Notes under the pieces: generated by a model | Seen by the model: only the letters and a program-made list of their open reading frames with translations | What the model was told of the DNA's origin: nothing | Database searches by the model: none | In this document: piece by piece, positions 31,593-42,180 of the stretch | Layout: each line of letters opens with the position of its first letter | Position numbering within the stretch: position 1 is the first letter of the stretch | Source: Candidatus Methanomethylicia archaeon | Lineage (GTDB): Archaea > Thermoproteota > Methanomethylicia > CALHIW01 | Direction of reading: 5' to 3' | DNA length: 64,000 nucleotides | Assembly (NCBI GenBank): GCA_038845975.1 | Contig: JAWBQF010000002.1 | Location: forward strand, 1-64,000 | Translations under genes and position numbers: made by a program

Positions 31593-32984
31593 TTAAGGTG
31601 ATTGGTTAAATTTAATTCCTAAATCTTCAATTTCCCTCTTAACTTTACTATAGATTTCAAGGTATTTACTTGATGGTTTAATCGTTTCTATATCGTAGCA
31701 TTCCTGAAATCTTAATCCTAGTGGTGGGTTAGCTATTTTATCAATGTATTTCGGTATTATTTTCTTTACTATATCGTTAACATCTCTAAGCCTCATTCCA
31801 GCAGTAGCGTAAGCTACTTCAGCAGCAAATTTAGGCTCCATAGGCGTCATTCTATCCTCATACTTACCCTTAGCTATCCCTGCAGCTTCAATTGAAGCTC
31901 CTGATGCAACAACTGAGGATATTTGAGCAGCAATTTCGTATAGGCATGTATCTGTACATGGCCCAGAAGCTGTATAGCTTATGTATAGTGATGGAAAATG
32001 AGTATTCCTACTTATTGCCTGCGCTGAAACAGATCTGGCCCATATGAGTTCAGGATTACTGCTTGAAGAATACTTAATATGGATTGGAAACATTACATAC
32101 CATAATGCATTGTATACTAGGGAGGTCATAATGTGATAGGCAGCAGTAACGATGGCTGTTCCTTCAGCACCACCACAGTAACCACCAAGTAATGGTCCAC
32201 AGTCAACACCTAAAACCATACCTAGAGTATTTGCTACACAAGCCCTATTTAAAAGATCAAAGTTTGTTTTAAGCTCTGCAATTGCACCTATCATAACACC
32301 ATCGGATTTTCTTAATCCGAAGTCTGGATGGAGAGCTGAAATAAGTGAAACAGCTGTTGAAGCTGTTGCTATAGAATTCATTATTGGTAAGCCCGGTCTC
32401 CCAGCTCTTCTTAATGCTTCTCTTGCAAGAACTACTGTCCTCATAGATCCAAGAACTTCTAAAGGGGAGCCCGGTCTTATCCTCATTCCATTAACTCTGG
32501 TTAAAGCAGGAGTTGTTAAAGAGTTTATATATGGTATTCTACCATATCCCTCAACAAGCTTTAGAAATACATCATCAGACGATACTGCTACACCAGCTGC
32601 ACCGAGGAAACACCATGGTGGATTAGGATCTTCAGGCTTTCTTGAAGTTAAAGCTTTACGATCTACTCCCTCTCCAAGTATTACTTGTGATGGAGATATT
32701 CTTATCTTCTCTTTAACCTCACTCTCATCAAAGAATATTATTCGCTGAGTATCAATACAGTATGCACCTACCTCACAGAAAAACTCGAAGGCAGCTTTAA
32801 AAACACTATCAGCAAGACCTGGATCACTAGGTACAGGTATATCCGGATCATAGCTTACACCATACTTCCTAATAACATCTTTAAGCTTTAATGTGAATAT
32901 CTTTAAGTCGAAATCCTTCTCAGAACATATTTTCCCTACTGTAGCTCTCTCAATAACATCTAGAAGTGAAACCATGAAGTTCAC
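31593..32984 (-). CDS. mtmB: Pyrrolysine-free monomethylamine methyltransferase MtmB homolog
   Basis: RA..G....E.DFD, YC.DT.R, GSPLE, AGRPG, ELK, GGY.GG.EG, GPCT...LYE, G..FQECYD. Uninterrupted 463-aa ORF. Confidence 0.88.
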   Translation of the reverse strand: MNFMVSLLDVIERATVGKICSEKDFDLKIFTLKLKDVIRKYGVSYDPDIPVPSDPGLADSVFKAAFEFFCEVGAYCIDTQRIIFFDESEVKEKIRISPSQVILGEGVDRKALTSRKPEDPNPPWCFLGAAGVAVSSDDVFLKLVEGYGRIPYINSLTTPALTRVNGMRIRPGSPLEVLGSMRTVVLAREALRRAGRPGLPIMNSIATASTAVSLISALHPDFGLRKSDGVMIGAIAELKTNFDLLNRACVANTLGMVLGVDCGPLLGGYCGGAEGTAIVTAAYHIMTSLVYNALWYVMFPIHIKYSSSSNPELIWARSVSAQAISRNTHFPSLYISYTASGPCTDTCLYEIAAQISSVVASGASIEAAGIAKGKYEDRMTPMEPKFAAEVAYATAGMRLRDVNDIVKKIIPKYIDKIANPPLGLRFQECYDIETIKPSSKYLEIYSKVKREIEDLGIKFNQSP

Positions 32985-33625
32985 CGTCTCTCCTTAAGTG
33001 TTAATGCTACCTGTACAGCTTCAGAAGCTGTTTCAGCCCATCCATCAGCTCCAATCTCCTCAGCCCATTCTCTTGTTACAGGTCCCCCACCAACCATAAC
33101 AATATATTTATCCCTTTTTCCAAGAGCCTTTAAGTATTCAATAACATCTCTCTGCCCAATAATGGTTGAAGTCATGAGTGCAGAGATAGCAATAATATCT
33201 GCCTTAACCTCCTCAGCTTTTTCAATAAATCTTAATGGAGGAACATCTACTCCTAAATCATAAACATCAAATCCATAAGCTTTAAGAAGAGCAGCAACAA
33301 TATTCTTACCTATCTCATGTATATCCCCCTGAGCAGTTCCTATAACAACAACGCCTCTTCTAGAAACTACTCCTTTGGGAATAGCAGGTAGTAAAATATC
33401 TAATCCAGCCTTAATAGCATCAGCAGCCATAATAAGCTCAGCTAGATAAATTTCTAACCTATCAAATTTATCACCAATAATCCTAGCTCCTACAGCTAAA
33501 CCCTTCTCAATAGCTTCTAGAGGATCTAAACCTTTAGCAATAACTTCATTAGCATACTTAACAACAGCATCAACATCATAGGATACAACAGCATCACGTA
33601 GTTTAGCGTATAGATCTTCACTCAT
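32981..33625 (-). CDS. Methyltransferase cognate corrinoid protein (MtmC/MttC-like)
   Basis: GDIHEIGKN (DxHxxG), SALMT, VGGGP, IGADG. Start taken at the ATG at 33625. Confidence 0.93.
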   Translation of the reverse strand: MSEDLYAKLRDAVVSYDVDAVVKYANEVIAKGLDPLEAIEKGLAVGARIIGDKFDRLEIYLAELIMAADAIKAGLDILLPAIPKGVVSRRGVVVIGTAQGDIHEIGKNIVAALLKAYGFDVYDLGVDVPPLRFIEKAEEVKADIIAISALMTSTIIGQRDVIEYLKALGKRDKYIVMVGGGPVTREWAEEIGADGWAETASEAVQVALTLKERR

Positions 33626-33763
33626 ATAATCACAGCAATTAAAGTTAAAAATCAAATATTTAAACTTTTTCCAAAAATGAAATCATAAATAGGAAATAGT
33701 TTAAATAAAAATGTTTAAAACATTGATTTATTTAAAATTCAAGTATAGAAATTAAGTAAATAG

Positions 33764-35059
33764 TTAGATTATGAATATTTCTTTATCGATATTTCTATTT
33801 ACTATGCTTAAGTCGCTTACTTTAAACTTTTCACCACCATATAGTTCAGCATACTCTCTATTTAAGCATGTTGCTGCTGTTATTCTTCCTAATGCATCGG
33901 CTTTCGATAATCCATTACCACTCGTACCACCAACAACAGTTATATTGCTTTCCTTATGAACTATCGGTAATCCATCAATTGAGATATCATAATATCCTGC
34001 ATGTGAATTTGACGGATAGACATTTATAAACTGTGGAAAATACTTTACTAGTACTTGGTAGATTCCATATTTATAGAAGTTTTCCTCTGCTGGTGGATCA
34101 TCCTCCACTACTCCATAAGCTCTACCTAAATGATCTGAGCAACCTATCCAATACGCTAACTCGCCAATATCTGGCTTCATCCATAGCCATGATTCTCCTC
34201 TCACATATATGAATAAGAATGGAGCTGCATTAAGCTTATTAAAGCCCTTAGCAAACATTACCTGTTTTAACGGTTCAGTGTTTGCTTTAACTATGAATAC
34301 TTGCCTCTTCTTAGGTTTAAAATGACAATCAATACCTATTGAATCAAGGATTTGGGGTGCCCATGCACTTGCAGCTACAACAATTTCATTAGCCTCAATA
34401 AATCCCTTATCTGTTAAAGCCCCCTTAGCTATAACTTCCTGCCAGATGTGTGGTTCATTAGGTATGTTAAACTCTATTCTTGGACCAGTAATTATTCTAC
34501 TAGTAAAAGTATTATAGAGTATTTTACCATTCATTCTTATAAATTCCATCTCATAAAATTTAACCATGTTCTCCTGACGCCAATACCCAGCATTTGGGAA
34601 CATTAAGCCAACATCAATATTTCTAAGATTCATAGATTTAGCCTCTTCATCCAATACATTAACATTTACATTAAGATTCCTAGCTAAATCCTCTTTTGAG
34701 TATATTCGGTATTTAACGCCCATAGAATCCATTTTATTAAGAGCTGGTTTAGCAGTCTCGTAAAGCCCATTATCCATCATGAAGAGATAGCCAACCCACT
34801 TCATTCCAAGATCAATTTTAAGATCTTCCTGAATATGTCTATAAAACATTATTGAACTTCTACCAAGAGAGAGATTTGTTTTAGAAGTCCAAACATCAAG
34901 TCTAAATCCACCAGGAGCCTTCCCGGTTTCACCTTGACCCGGGGAAGACTTCTTCTCAACTACAATAACATTAAGTTTAGGGTCTAACATCTTTAAATGG
35001 TAAGCTGTAGAAAGCCCAACAATACCAGCACCAATAATTAAAACATCATATTTAACCAT
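33764..35059 (-). CDS. FAD-dependent oxidoreductase (DAO/sarcosine oxidase beta/proline dehydrogenase-like)
   Basis: GAGIVG, AGYYD...DG.P, G.SG.G..KA.A.G. Confidence 0.85.
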   Translation of the reverse strand: MVKYDVLIIGAGIVGLSTAYHLKMLDPKLNVIVVEKKSSPGQGETGKAPGGFRLDVWTSKTNLSLGRSSIMFYRHIQEDLKIDLGMKWVGYLFMMDNGLYETAKPALNKMDSMGVKYRIYSKEDLARNLNVNVNVLDEEAKSMNLRNIDVGLMFPNAGYWRQENMVKFYEMEFIRMNGKILYNTFTSRIITGPRIEFNIPNEPHIWQEVIAKGALTDKGFIEANEIVVAASAWAPQILDSIGIDCHFKPKKRQVFIVKANTEPLKQVMFAKGFNKLNAAPFLFIYVRGESWLWMKPDIGELAYWIGCSDHLGRAYGVVEDDPPAEENFYKYGIYQVLVKYFPQFINVYPSNSHAGYYDISIDGLPIVHKESNITVVGGTSGNGLSKADALGRITAATCLNREYAELYGGEKFKVSDLSIVNRNIDKEIFII

Positions 35060-35101
35060 ATCAGCCTAAAATTTAAGAAGATTTAAATCTTTCTACAAAA
35101 T

Positions 35102-35156
35102 GACTTTATGATCTTTAGATTTTAAAGCATATATTTAATGATTAAGTTCACAATAC
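35102..35156. mobile_element. Mini element, family B
   Basis: GACTTTATGATCTTTAGAT...TAAGTTCACAATAC, flanked by TACAAAAT / AACAAAAT (7/8 direct repeat). Confidence 0.65.
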
Positions 35157-35308
35157 AACAAAATGATAAGTAACTTAAATAACAAATTAAATTTATTCAT
35201 TATTATAACAGTACTTCTTCATGAAGTTCAGCTTTAAGAGAATTACTTCAAATATTTAATTGTTTCATATGTTTAAGAATGAGTCTACTGATAAAATACT
35301 TACTTAAT

Positions 35309-35854
35309 CTACTTAGGTATTAAACTAATAACTTTATCCAGAACTATTTTAAACCAAACTGTATATTTATTAGGGTTTTGCTTTATATCCTCTTTTAAAT
35401 CATTTATACTTATCCATTTCCAATCTTCAACCTCATTACGATTTGGATTGATTTCACCATCATATTTCCCAATGAAAACATGGTCAAGCTCATACTCAGT
35501 AAACTCATTGTTAAGATCTGCTTTATATATGAAGTAGAAAACTCTCTTTAAATCACAGTCAAAACCCATTTCCTCCTTTAACCTTCTATGAACAGCTTGC
35601 TCTAATGATTCTCCAGGCTTAGGGTGACTACAGCAGGCATTCGACCATAACCCTCCGGAGTGATATTTATTTCTCGCTCTTTTTTGAAGTAGCATTTCCC
35701 CTCTTGAATTAAATATGAAAATAGAGAATGCCCTATGCAGTTTTCCTTCTTTATGGGCTTTTATCTTCTCTTCAACTCCTATCTCATTATCATCCTCATC
35801 AACAAGAACTACCTCTTCATTCATCAATTTCACCATTAACATCAGGTACCTCAT
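35309..35854 (-). CDS. idi: Type 1 (NUDIX-fold) isopentenyl-diphosphate delta-isomerase
   Basis: AH..G.LHRAFS, LLQKR, WSN.CCSHP, RL.EEMG, EYELDH, WF. Confidence 0.93.
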   Translation of the reverse strand: MRYLMLMVKLMNEEVVLVDEDDNEIGVEEKIKAHKEGKLHRAFSIFIFNSRGEMLLQKRARNKYHSGGLWSNACCSHPKPGESLEQAVHRRLKEEMGFDCDLKRVFYFIYKADLNNEFTEYELDHVFIGKYDGEINPNRNEVEDWKWISINDLKEDIKQNPNKYTVWFKIVLDKVISLIPK

Positions 35855-36230
35855 TTAGTGAAACGTAAGTATATTTAAAAATTACTATCTAATACTTAGA
35901 TATAACAGCTTAACCTATATGCTTAGCTTATTAAACTACTAATACTCTTTACTAAGATTTCGCGGTTAGTATTCGTGGGTTATTTTAGGTTTCCATTATT
36001 ACTTATTGAATTATCTTCTTGATTTATACGTGTTGAATGTTTTTTATGTATGGATTTATATTGTCTCTAAATATTCTCTATGAAGTTATGATCTAGGCAT
36101 TGATACTTCATTCTTAGAGTTGTATTGATTTCTAATCTATTTACTTTAGTAATGATTCATGTATTTACGAATATACTTACTTTTAGCCTACAGTATATGG
36201 TTTTTCAATGGATGGTAATTTATAGAAGTA

Positions 36231-36845
36231 TTATAGCCTTGTGTATACCTCTATTCCTAGTTTTTTAGAGGCTTCTAATGCTTTCTCCTCTATATATGGT
36301 GTTATTATTAATAGCCTATCTGGTTTTCTACCTGTCTTTTCATAATATATTTCAGCCTTCCTCTTAAACTGGATTATATCTGATGACCTTATATGTGATG
36401 ATATTTCAATCAATATTATTCTTTCATCCTTTATAGCAATATCAACCTCAATATCGCTTGGATATCCGTATACTCTACCTGAATCATCATAGCCTCTCCA
36501 TCTTTCAACTCTAAATCCAAACTCTCTCTCCACTAAGCCTCTTAAACCCTCTCTAAATGCTTCCTCAATCATAATTCCCCATCTAGCTCCTAGAGCGGAG
36601 ATACGTTTATCAATAAGTTCAAAACCCCTTAACATATCCTCCCTAAGCTTTACAAGATCTTTTCTAAGCTTTACAAGATCTTTTCTAAGCTTTACAAGTT
36701 CTACTTCATGTTTATCAAGCCTCTTAAGTATTTCCTCTAACCCTACTAGACCTGCCACTGCATACCTGAACTCCTCATCCTCTTTTAGTAGCTTTAGTAT
36801 ACTAGCTTTTAACTCCTCAATCTCCACTACATATACACCATTCAT
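36231..36845 (-). CDS. Coiled-coil + PD-(D/E)XK-like archaeal protein (DUF3782/DUF1626-like)
   Basis: LL.ED.EFRYAVAGL.G, GARWG, EVDI..ILIEI.SH. Confidence 0.8.
   Translation of the reverse strand: MNGVYVVEIEELKASILKLLKEDEEFRYAVAGLVGLEEILKRLDKHEVELVKLRKDLVKLRKDLVKLREDMLRGFELIDKRISALGARWGIMIEEAFREGLRGLVEREFGFRVERWRGYDDSGRVYGYPSDIEVDIAIKDERIILIEISSHIRSSDIIQFKRKAEIYYEKTGRKPDRLLIITPYIEEKALEASKKLGIEVYTRL
36643..36698. repeat. 21-bp tandem repeat (2.7 copies) encoding heptad LVKLRKD
   Basis: CTAAGCTTTACAAGATCTTTT at 36643 and 36664, partial copy at 36685. Confidence 0.95.
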
Positions 36846-36888
36846 AATTATATGACTATACTAATTAAAGATTTCGATTATTACATGA

Positions 36889-36946
36889 GATACTGTTAAG
36901 TTAAGTTTAATCTCTACAAGTTACTATATGCTAACTTAATAGTATC
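36889..36946. mobile_element. 58-bp miniature element with GATACTGT-type ends (matches the IS at 56667)
   Basis: GATACTGTTAAGTTA ... TAACTTAATAGTATC inverted repeat (14/15). Confidence 0.65.
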
Positions 36947-37002
36947 GAACTTGCTAGGAAAAGCTTATATTATCTCAGTAGTTTAGTTTATGGTGTTAAT
37001 TA

Positions 37003-37959
37003 TTGATTTTGCTAAACGATAGGGATGTTGAAAGAATTTTAAGCATGAGGGAATGTATAGAGGTTGTTGAGGAGGCCTTTAAGAGTTTAGGGTTAGGTAA
37101 TGCTATAATGCCTTTGAGAACCATGATTCCTATCGAGGAATTTAATGGAGTAATTTTAATTATGCCATCATATATAAAGGGCTTAAACGCTTTAGCAACG
37201 AAAATAGTTACATTCTATCCAGATAATGTTAAGTTTAAACTACCTGTTATTAATGCACATGTAATTGTAAATAATCCTAAAACAGGAATTGTTGAGGCTG
37301 TTATTGAGGCAAACTATTTAACGGCTATGAGGACAGGAGCAGTAAGCGGAGTTGCAACTAAATATCTTGCAAGAGAAAATGCTAAAACATTAGCTATTAT
37401 AGGATGTGGAGTACAAGCAAGAACACAGCTATGGGCTGTAATTACAGTTAGAAATATTAAAGAGGTTAAAGCCTACGATATAGACGAGAGGAGAAAGGAG
37501 GAGTTTGTAAGAGAGATGAAGGAAAGATTTCAGCTTGAAATTACATCTACAGAAAACGCTAAAGAAGCGGTGGAGGAGGCAGATATAATAGTAACTGCAA
37601 CGACATCAAGTACTCCTGTTATAAATTATGAATGGATTAAACCTGGAACCCATATAAACGCTATAGGTGCCTTTAGGCCAGATATGAGGGAAATAGATAG
37701 TAAAACAATTCTAAATGCAAAGGTAGTAGTAGATTTAAGAGAAGCAGCTCTAAAAGAAGCTGGAGATATAATAATTCCAATTCAGGAAGGATTGATAAGT
37801 AGAGAACATATATATGCTGAGCTTAGTGAACTGATTCTCAATAGGAAACCAGGCAGAAAATCAGAAAGCGAAATTACACTATTTAAAAGTGTAGGATTAG
37901 CAATACAGGATTCATCAGTTGCAACATATATACTAAACAAGATTAGAAAACAGCTATAA
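37003..37959 (+). CDS. Ornithine cyclodeaminase/mu-crystallin family (archaeal alanine dehydrogenase-like)
   Basis: MP, K.V, N...LP, TA.RTGA, G.G.QA, HIN.IGA, FKSVGLAIQD. Confidence 0.92.
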   Translation: MILLNDRDVERILSMRECIEVVEEAFKSLGLGNAIMPLRTMIPIEEFNGVILIMPSYIKGLNALATKIVTFYPDNVKFKLPVINAHVIVNNPKTGIVEAVIEANYLTAMRTGAVSGVATKYLARENAKTLAIIGCGVQARTQLWAVITVRNIKEVKAYDIDERRKEEFVREMKERFQLEITSTENAKEAVEEADIIVTATTSSTPVINYEWIKPGTHINAIGAFRPDMREIDSKTILNAKVVVDLREAALKEAGDIIIPIQEGLISREHIYAELSELILNRKPGRKSESEITLFKSVGLAIQDSSVATYILNKIRKQL

Positions 37960-38276
37960 CATAGATTTAAAGAGATGTAATAAACTCATTAAATATTTGT
38001 TTCATTTAGTCAATAACATGGTAATCAGCATTGAATAAGTATAGATTTTTAAAGTGGATATAAGGCGGATGAATATGTAACTACATATTTAAACTTATTT
38101 AGATAAAAGCTCCATTACCCAAAACCTAAATTAACTTCTAATACGTAGAGGAAGAAATTAAAATCTGTGAATTACACAATGGTAATACCATTAGTGAAAA
38201 ACTAAATACATAAAAATATTGATGAAGTATACTCTACGTGATATTTAGTATTAGCTAATTTACTGTAAGGATTTAT

Positions 38277-38507
38277 TTATTCTTTCTTTTTCTTCTTGAT
38301 TTTTACTGTAGTTTCAGCTACATCTTCCGTTATAGCATATAGCATATCAACTAGAATTGGAGCTATAGTGGAGAATACCTTATATCTCTCCTCCCTATTA
38401 AGCTCTGAAAACTGCTGATCTACCTCCTCCCAGATAGCTCTAAACATAGAAACCATATCCCCAACTACACTTCTTAAACCCTCAACTTCTCCACTAGAAA
38501 ATGACAT
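38277..38507 (-). CDS. Small hypothetical protein with Lys-rich tail
   Basis: 76-aa ORF with upstream GAGG RBS and GAAAAG-TATAAAG promoter. Confidence 0.6.
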   Translation of the reverse strand: MSFSSGEVEGLRSVVGDMVSMFRAIWEEVDQQFSELNREERYKVFSTIAPILVDMLYAITEDVAETTVKIKKKKKE

Positions 38508-38568
38508 TACTATATAACCTCGTAGTTAAAGAGATATACTTGGCTTTATACTTTTCGATAAACATATA

Positions 38569-39603
38569 GGTTCTGTCGGATAAGAAGTGGGCTAGTAATT
38601 TAATGTTATGAATATTCCAGCCAGTTAATAGATTGGATAGTTAAGTATTTAGGAGGTTGATGAGCTTAAAGTTAAGGTATTCTTGTTTGGCTGATATCGA
38701 ACTCATTGCAAAACCTTAGGTATATCATTCACTATATACTGAAACGGCTTGACTTTAAAATCTTAAGATCAGGAGGACTTCACTCCCTTTTTAATTTATT
38801 TGGTTGTTGCTATCGGATAAGGGTATGGATTGAAATAATTAATCTTTTCTAGTTTTTGCTCTTCTCTTACTGTATTCATTGAGCTGTTGGTTATTTAGCC
38901 CATCTCTTGCTCTTTGTTTCCTCGGCTCAGAAAGTCATAGTAGAACTTAAGCTCTTAGAAGCTCTTAGATGATTTAAAGCTAGGCTTTTCTCTCTCAGCT
39001 TTCTAAGAGTATTTTAAGTTGATGTTGTGGGAGAATATGCCTGTTCTATGCTTCAAGTAAGCGAAGATCCTTCCACGAAGCTTCCCTCCATTTGTTTGAT
39101 TCTCTTGTTCCAATCCTAGCTGCTCAACCCCTTCCTTAAGCCAACACTCCCTATCCCTTATTATCCTTGGCTTGTTTAGACATTTATTAAGCACTTCTTG
39201 AAGGAAAATTCTAGTTACTAAAGAACTCCTAGCAGGATAAGCCCTTATCTCTACAAGCTCCTAGTATCCACGTCTATGGAAGCATAAACCCAAACCCCCA
39301 CCCTTAAGCTTAATGCAAGCCTCATTTATAGCTATGGTTAAATGCTTCTTTAATTTCCCCACTCCTTAGCTTCCAAAATAGCTCTAAACCCCAGCACCAC
39401 TCGTTTAGATTACTGGCAAATCCCACCAAAGCTCAAGAAGCCTAGAAGCTTTCTACAAGAGCTCAATATAAGCCAATCAAAAGCCTTCAGCTCAATTGGC
39501 TTTTTATTCCTTTAAAGATATTTAAGCTCCCAGTCCAACCTATTAACTGGGCTGGAACCTCTATATATTAATTACCCAGCCCAACTTTTATCCGGACAGA
39601 ACC
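38569..39603 (-). mobile_element. IS6-family element, family C, with frameshifted transposase
   Basis: ~30-bp imperfect TIRs beginning GGTTCTGTC. Minus-strand relics AINE..IKLKG..VWVYASIDVDT and KPRII.DR..WL...V..LGL. Confidence 0.85.
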
Positions 39604-39910
39604 AAAACATTAAACCCTACAGTTATGGATGATGATACGTCTCTACCATCAATAATGATTGATGCGAAACAAGTATAGAATAAAACTTGAATTAGCAAGC
39701 CGATAATAGCGATTAGACAAACATATATCATATAAATTAGTGAAGCATAAAATGTAATGATATCGCTGAGATACGGTAATATTATCACCATAAACATTAT
39801 GATGCTGATAAATCCTGCTAATAAGCCTTGAACAATACTTAAACCTAAACATTTACTAAAATATCTCTTTACTCCTACAATCCAATCATATATATTTTTG
39901 ATACTATTAA
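39604..39910 (-). pseudogene. Membrane-protein gene fragment between two mobile elements
   Basis: Hydrophobic ORF 39588-39935 whose start lies in a mini element and whose stop lies in the IS TIR. Confidence 0.45.
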
Positions 39911-39970
39911 GGCTTTGTAAATTTAGGCTATTCATTGCATATACTTCTCATATCTAAAGTTCACAGAGCT
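39911..39970. mobile_element. 60-bp mini element, family B
   Basis: GGCTTTGTAAATTT ... AAAGTTCACAGAGCT. Its reverse complement matches 20642-20700. Confidence 0.75.
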
Positions 39971-40363
39971 ACCGCTAATATGGGGAGATTTAAGCTTATC
40001 ACTATTGTTGTTAGGAGTAATAAACCATTTGAAGCTTTACTTAACATCTATTATTTTAGATTCAAGCTTAAAATTTACCTATTTATACTAATCAAATTCG
40101 CTAAGACATCTTAGGGCAGTAGAATTAACATCCTATAAAATCAACTATTAAACGGCTAAATACTTGCATATATGCCTGAACCATCTTTCAGACAAGAAAT
40201 ACTCTAAGAGGACCAATAAGCTTCTAAATAGAGGGATGAGGAGATCTAAATTATAAATAAGGTATAGAAAGATTTAAATCCTTAACAACCACAAAACTTC
40301 AGAATGGGTTATAGTTGTATAGGATGGACTCTTATCAAGTCTATAAATGTTGAATTCTTTAAA

Positions 40364-40552
40364 CTATTCTCCCCAGTCTTCCTCTTCAACTTCTGCAGGC
40401 TTAATTGAAACTTCACTATTGTTTATTGATTTTATTTCATATGATGAACCGCAATCCGGACATGTAATAATTTCACCTACTATAGCATCTATAGGCACTC
40501 TTATTTCACCATCACATATTGGGCATAAAGTCTTCATTGCATCACCTACCAT
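40364..40552 (-). CDS. lysW: Amino-group carrier protein LysW/ArgW
   Basis: CPICD...CPDCG zinc ribbon and C-terminal EEDWGE. Confidence 0.93.
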   Translation of the reverse strand: MVGDAMKTLCPICDGEIRVPIDAIVGEIITCPDCGSSYEIKSINNSEVSIKPAEVEEEDWGE

Positions 40553-41043
40553 GAGATGATTAATGCCTTTATTTAATTTTTCGTTTTAAAAATTACTTTA
40601 AGTCAGTTTTTATGTTGCAATTATAACTATATGTTAAGCCTATTATATTCTAGTCCTCATCAAACTTAAATTTCAACCCGCAATATTTTACATCTCTGAT
40701 AATAACAATAAAATAATTTCATCCATAGCCATATTTGAGGATGAAGTCTGTTTTTACCACTCAATTTTTACTACACATTTTTGTACTTGCTAAATGTAAA
40801 GTAAAAATTAAAAGTTAGCTATACTATTTGGTTCTTATGTGAAGAATTGTTAAATACATAAGATTTATTTTTAGATATTATCTTGATAACCTCTGAAACT
40901 TCTTGAAATGATATTTATCCACCATGAAGGAGATTTGTAGCTTTTAGATTTACATCTTATGTTAGGGTATAGATTTAATTAAATCTATACCTTAAGATAT
41001 AAATGCATTACAAACAGTATAGTTTAATGTTATGGTGTAGAAT

Positions 41044-42141
41044 ATGCTTGTAAGCATATTCATTCCTATATATAGGGGTTCAAGAATACTAGATAAGGTA
41101 TTAAAGAGGTTAGTTAATCAGGATGTTGATAAGGAGATATTTGTAGTTATAGATAAGCCTTCGGAAAACTCTCTACATATTATTAAGGAGTTTGAAGATA
41201 GGGTTTACTTCATTATAAATATGAAGAGAATTGGTAAGGTTAATGCTTTAAATGAAGCTGTTAGAAGATCTAGAGGGGAAATACTTCTCTTCCTCGATGG
41301 AGATGTAGAAATACCTGAAGATCCTTACTTTCTTAGAATGATAATTAATGAGATGGAGGATGCCGATATACTGGATTTAAGAAAGGAAATTGTTAGAAGT
41401 TCATTCCTCTCAAGAATGATGTATTATGAATATATTGTAATGAATATCTATTCATGGCTATCTTCAAAGTTTACTGGAAAAACTCCAGCTATTAATGGTG
41501 CTGCATTCGCAATTAGAAGAAATGTTTTCAACTCTCTAAATGGCTTTAGAAGAGTTATAAGTGAGGATCTTGATATAGCTATAAGAGCATTTCTGAAAGG
41601 CTACAGGTTCAAGTATGCTGAGAAAGTTAAAGTATATAATCATGTCTACTTAAACTGGAAACTCTGGATTAGACAAAGGAAAAGATGGGCTATTGGATGG
41701 TTACTGTGGTTTAAGGAGTGGTGTATTGATTTAGCTAAGACATATCTTAAATATCCTAAATTACTTTTTCCATTAATAATCTTAATCCTTCCTACTTTCA
41801 TAGCTCTTCTAGGACTACTAGTACCAAATCAACTAGTACATGAACTACTTATAGCAATTATATTACTCTTCATAACCAAATACAGTAGTATACCTCCAAC
41901 AATACTATTAATGATCCCCAATATCAAGTTTATAAATGAATCCTCAATTTTACTTCTAAACCTATTATCAACGTCACTACTATACTTCATCCTATCAAGA
42001 AAACTTAAATTCAAGTTTAAGGTTTATGAGTTTATTGCTTACAGTCTTCTATATCTACCAGTATACATAGTAATCATAACGATATGTTTCATTCAAATAT
42101 TCATTCTTAGAGAAAAAGCTAGATTAAACTGGAAGGTTTAA
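41044..42141 (+). CDS. GT2 membrane glycosyltransferase
   Basis: GK.NALN, FLDGD, SEDLD, QRKRW, C-terminal TM helices. Confidence 0.9.
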   Translation: MLVSIFIPIYRGSRILDKVLKRLVNQDVDKEIFVVIDKPSENSLHIIKEFEDRVYFIINMKRIGKVNALNEAVRRSRGEILLFLDGDVEIPEDPYFLRMIINEMEDADILDLRKEIVRSSFLSRMMYYEYIVMNIYSWLSSKFTGKTPAINGAAFAIRRNVFNSLNGFRRVISEDLDIAIRAFLKGYRFKYAEKVKVYNHVYLNWKLWIRQRKRWAIGWLLWFKEWCIDLAKTYLKYPKLLFPLIILILPTFIALLGLLVPNQLVHELLIAIILLFITKYSSIPPTILLMIPNIKFINESSILLLNLLSTSLLYFILSRKLKFKFKVYEFIAYSLLYLPVYIVIITICFIQIFILREKARLNWKV

Positions 42142-42180
42142 CTATATGATTTTAGAATATTAATGGCTTAAGATTTAGAT

